DNA of 64,000 nucleotides from a bacterium (GTDB lineage Bacteria; UBA8248): NCBI GenBank assembly GCA_965200245.1, contig CBDATS010000002.1, positions 1 to 64,000 of the forward strand, read 5' to 3'. Shown piece by piece: positions 63,869 to 64,000 of this stretch (position 1 is its first letter; each line of letters starts with the position of its first letter). The notes under the pieces were generated by a model. It saw only the letters and a program-made list of their open reading frames with translations, ran no database searches and was not told where the DNA came from. The position numbers and the translations under genes were made by a program.

Positions 63869-63969
63869 CGTCATCCCGGTATCGATTCCAGCCAACCCGG
63901 GAGGGGTCACGGGGTATGGGACAGATGGATTCATCGCCCGCCTGGATTCCGACATTTGCCGGAATGACG
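63869..63969. repeat. REP/MITE-like palindromic element
   Basis: Imperfect terminal inverted repeat cgtcatcccggta ... tgccggaatgacg with internal tggattcc. Confidence 0.45.
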
Positions 63970-64000
63970 ACATTCTTCGGCTTATGGGTTGCAGGAACAG

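Overview
Bacterial chromosome window with two parts. The left part (1-27.7 kb) is accessory-rich and partly decayed. The right part is mostly housekeeping/metabolic: lutA-lutBC, glnB-glnD-glnA, an ispH fusion, trxA, ftsK, gltX, tRNA-Gln, peroxiredoxin and csp. The main candidate for a new system is a RiPP locus at 3.3-8.4 kb. Two nitrile-hydratase-like leader peptide (NHLP/proteusin-type) precursors with short aromatic cores (GG-NLYY; GG-SYWDD...) flank a cytochrome P450 whose I-helix reads Asp-Asn instead of Asp/Glu-Thr. They are followed by two paralogous uncharacterised ~350-aa proteins whose five paired beta-strand motifs suggest an ABBA prenyltransferase barrel, plus a remnant of an ABC exporter. 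A third, remote precursor (core SYHDWINS) at 26.4 kb shares ~130 bp of upstream DNA with the first. The first 1032 bp are an exact copy of 5831-6862 and join a truncated etfB at a 10-bp microhomology, suggesting a 5.83-kb tandem duplication or an assembly chimera. A lower-GC island (9.4-17.4 kb) holds a ParB + ParB-HTH + beta-CASP nuclease operon (candidate new defence module), an IS256 remnant, and a C5-methyltransferase/REase/Vsr locus whose methyltransferase is frameshifted in an A8 tract. All calls come from reading motifs by eye; no database searches were run.
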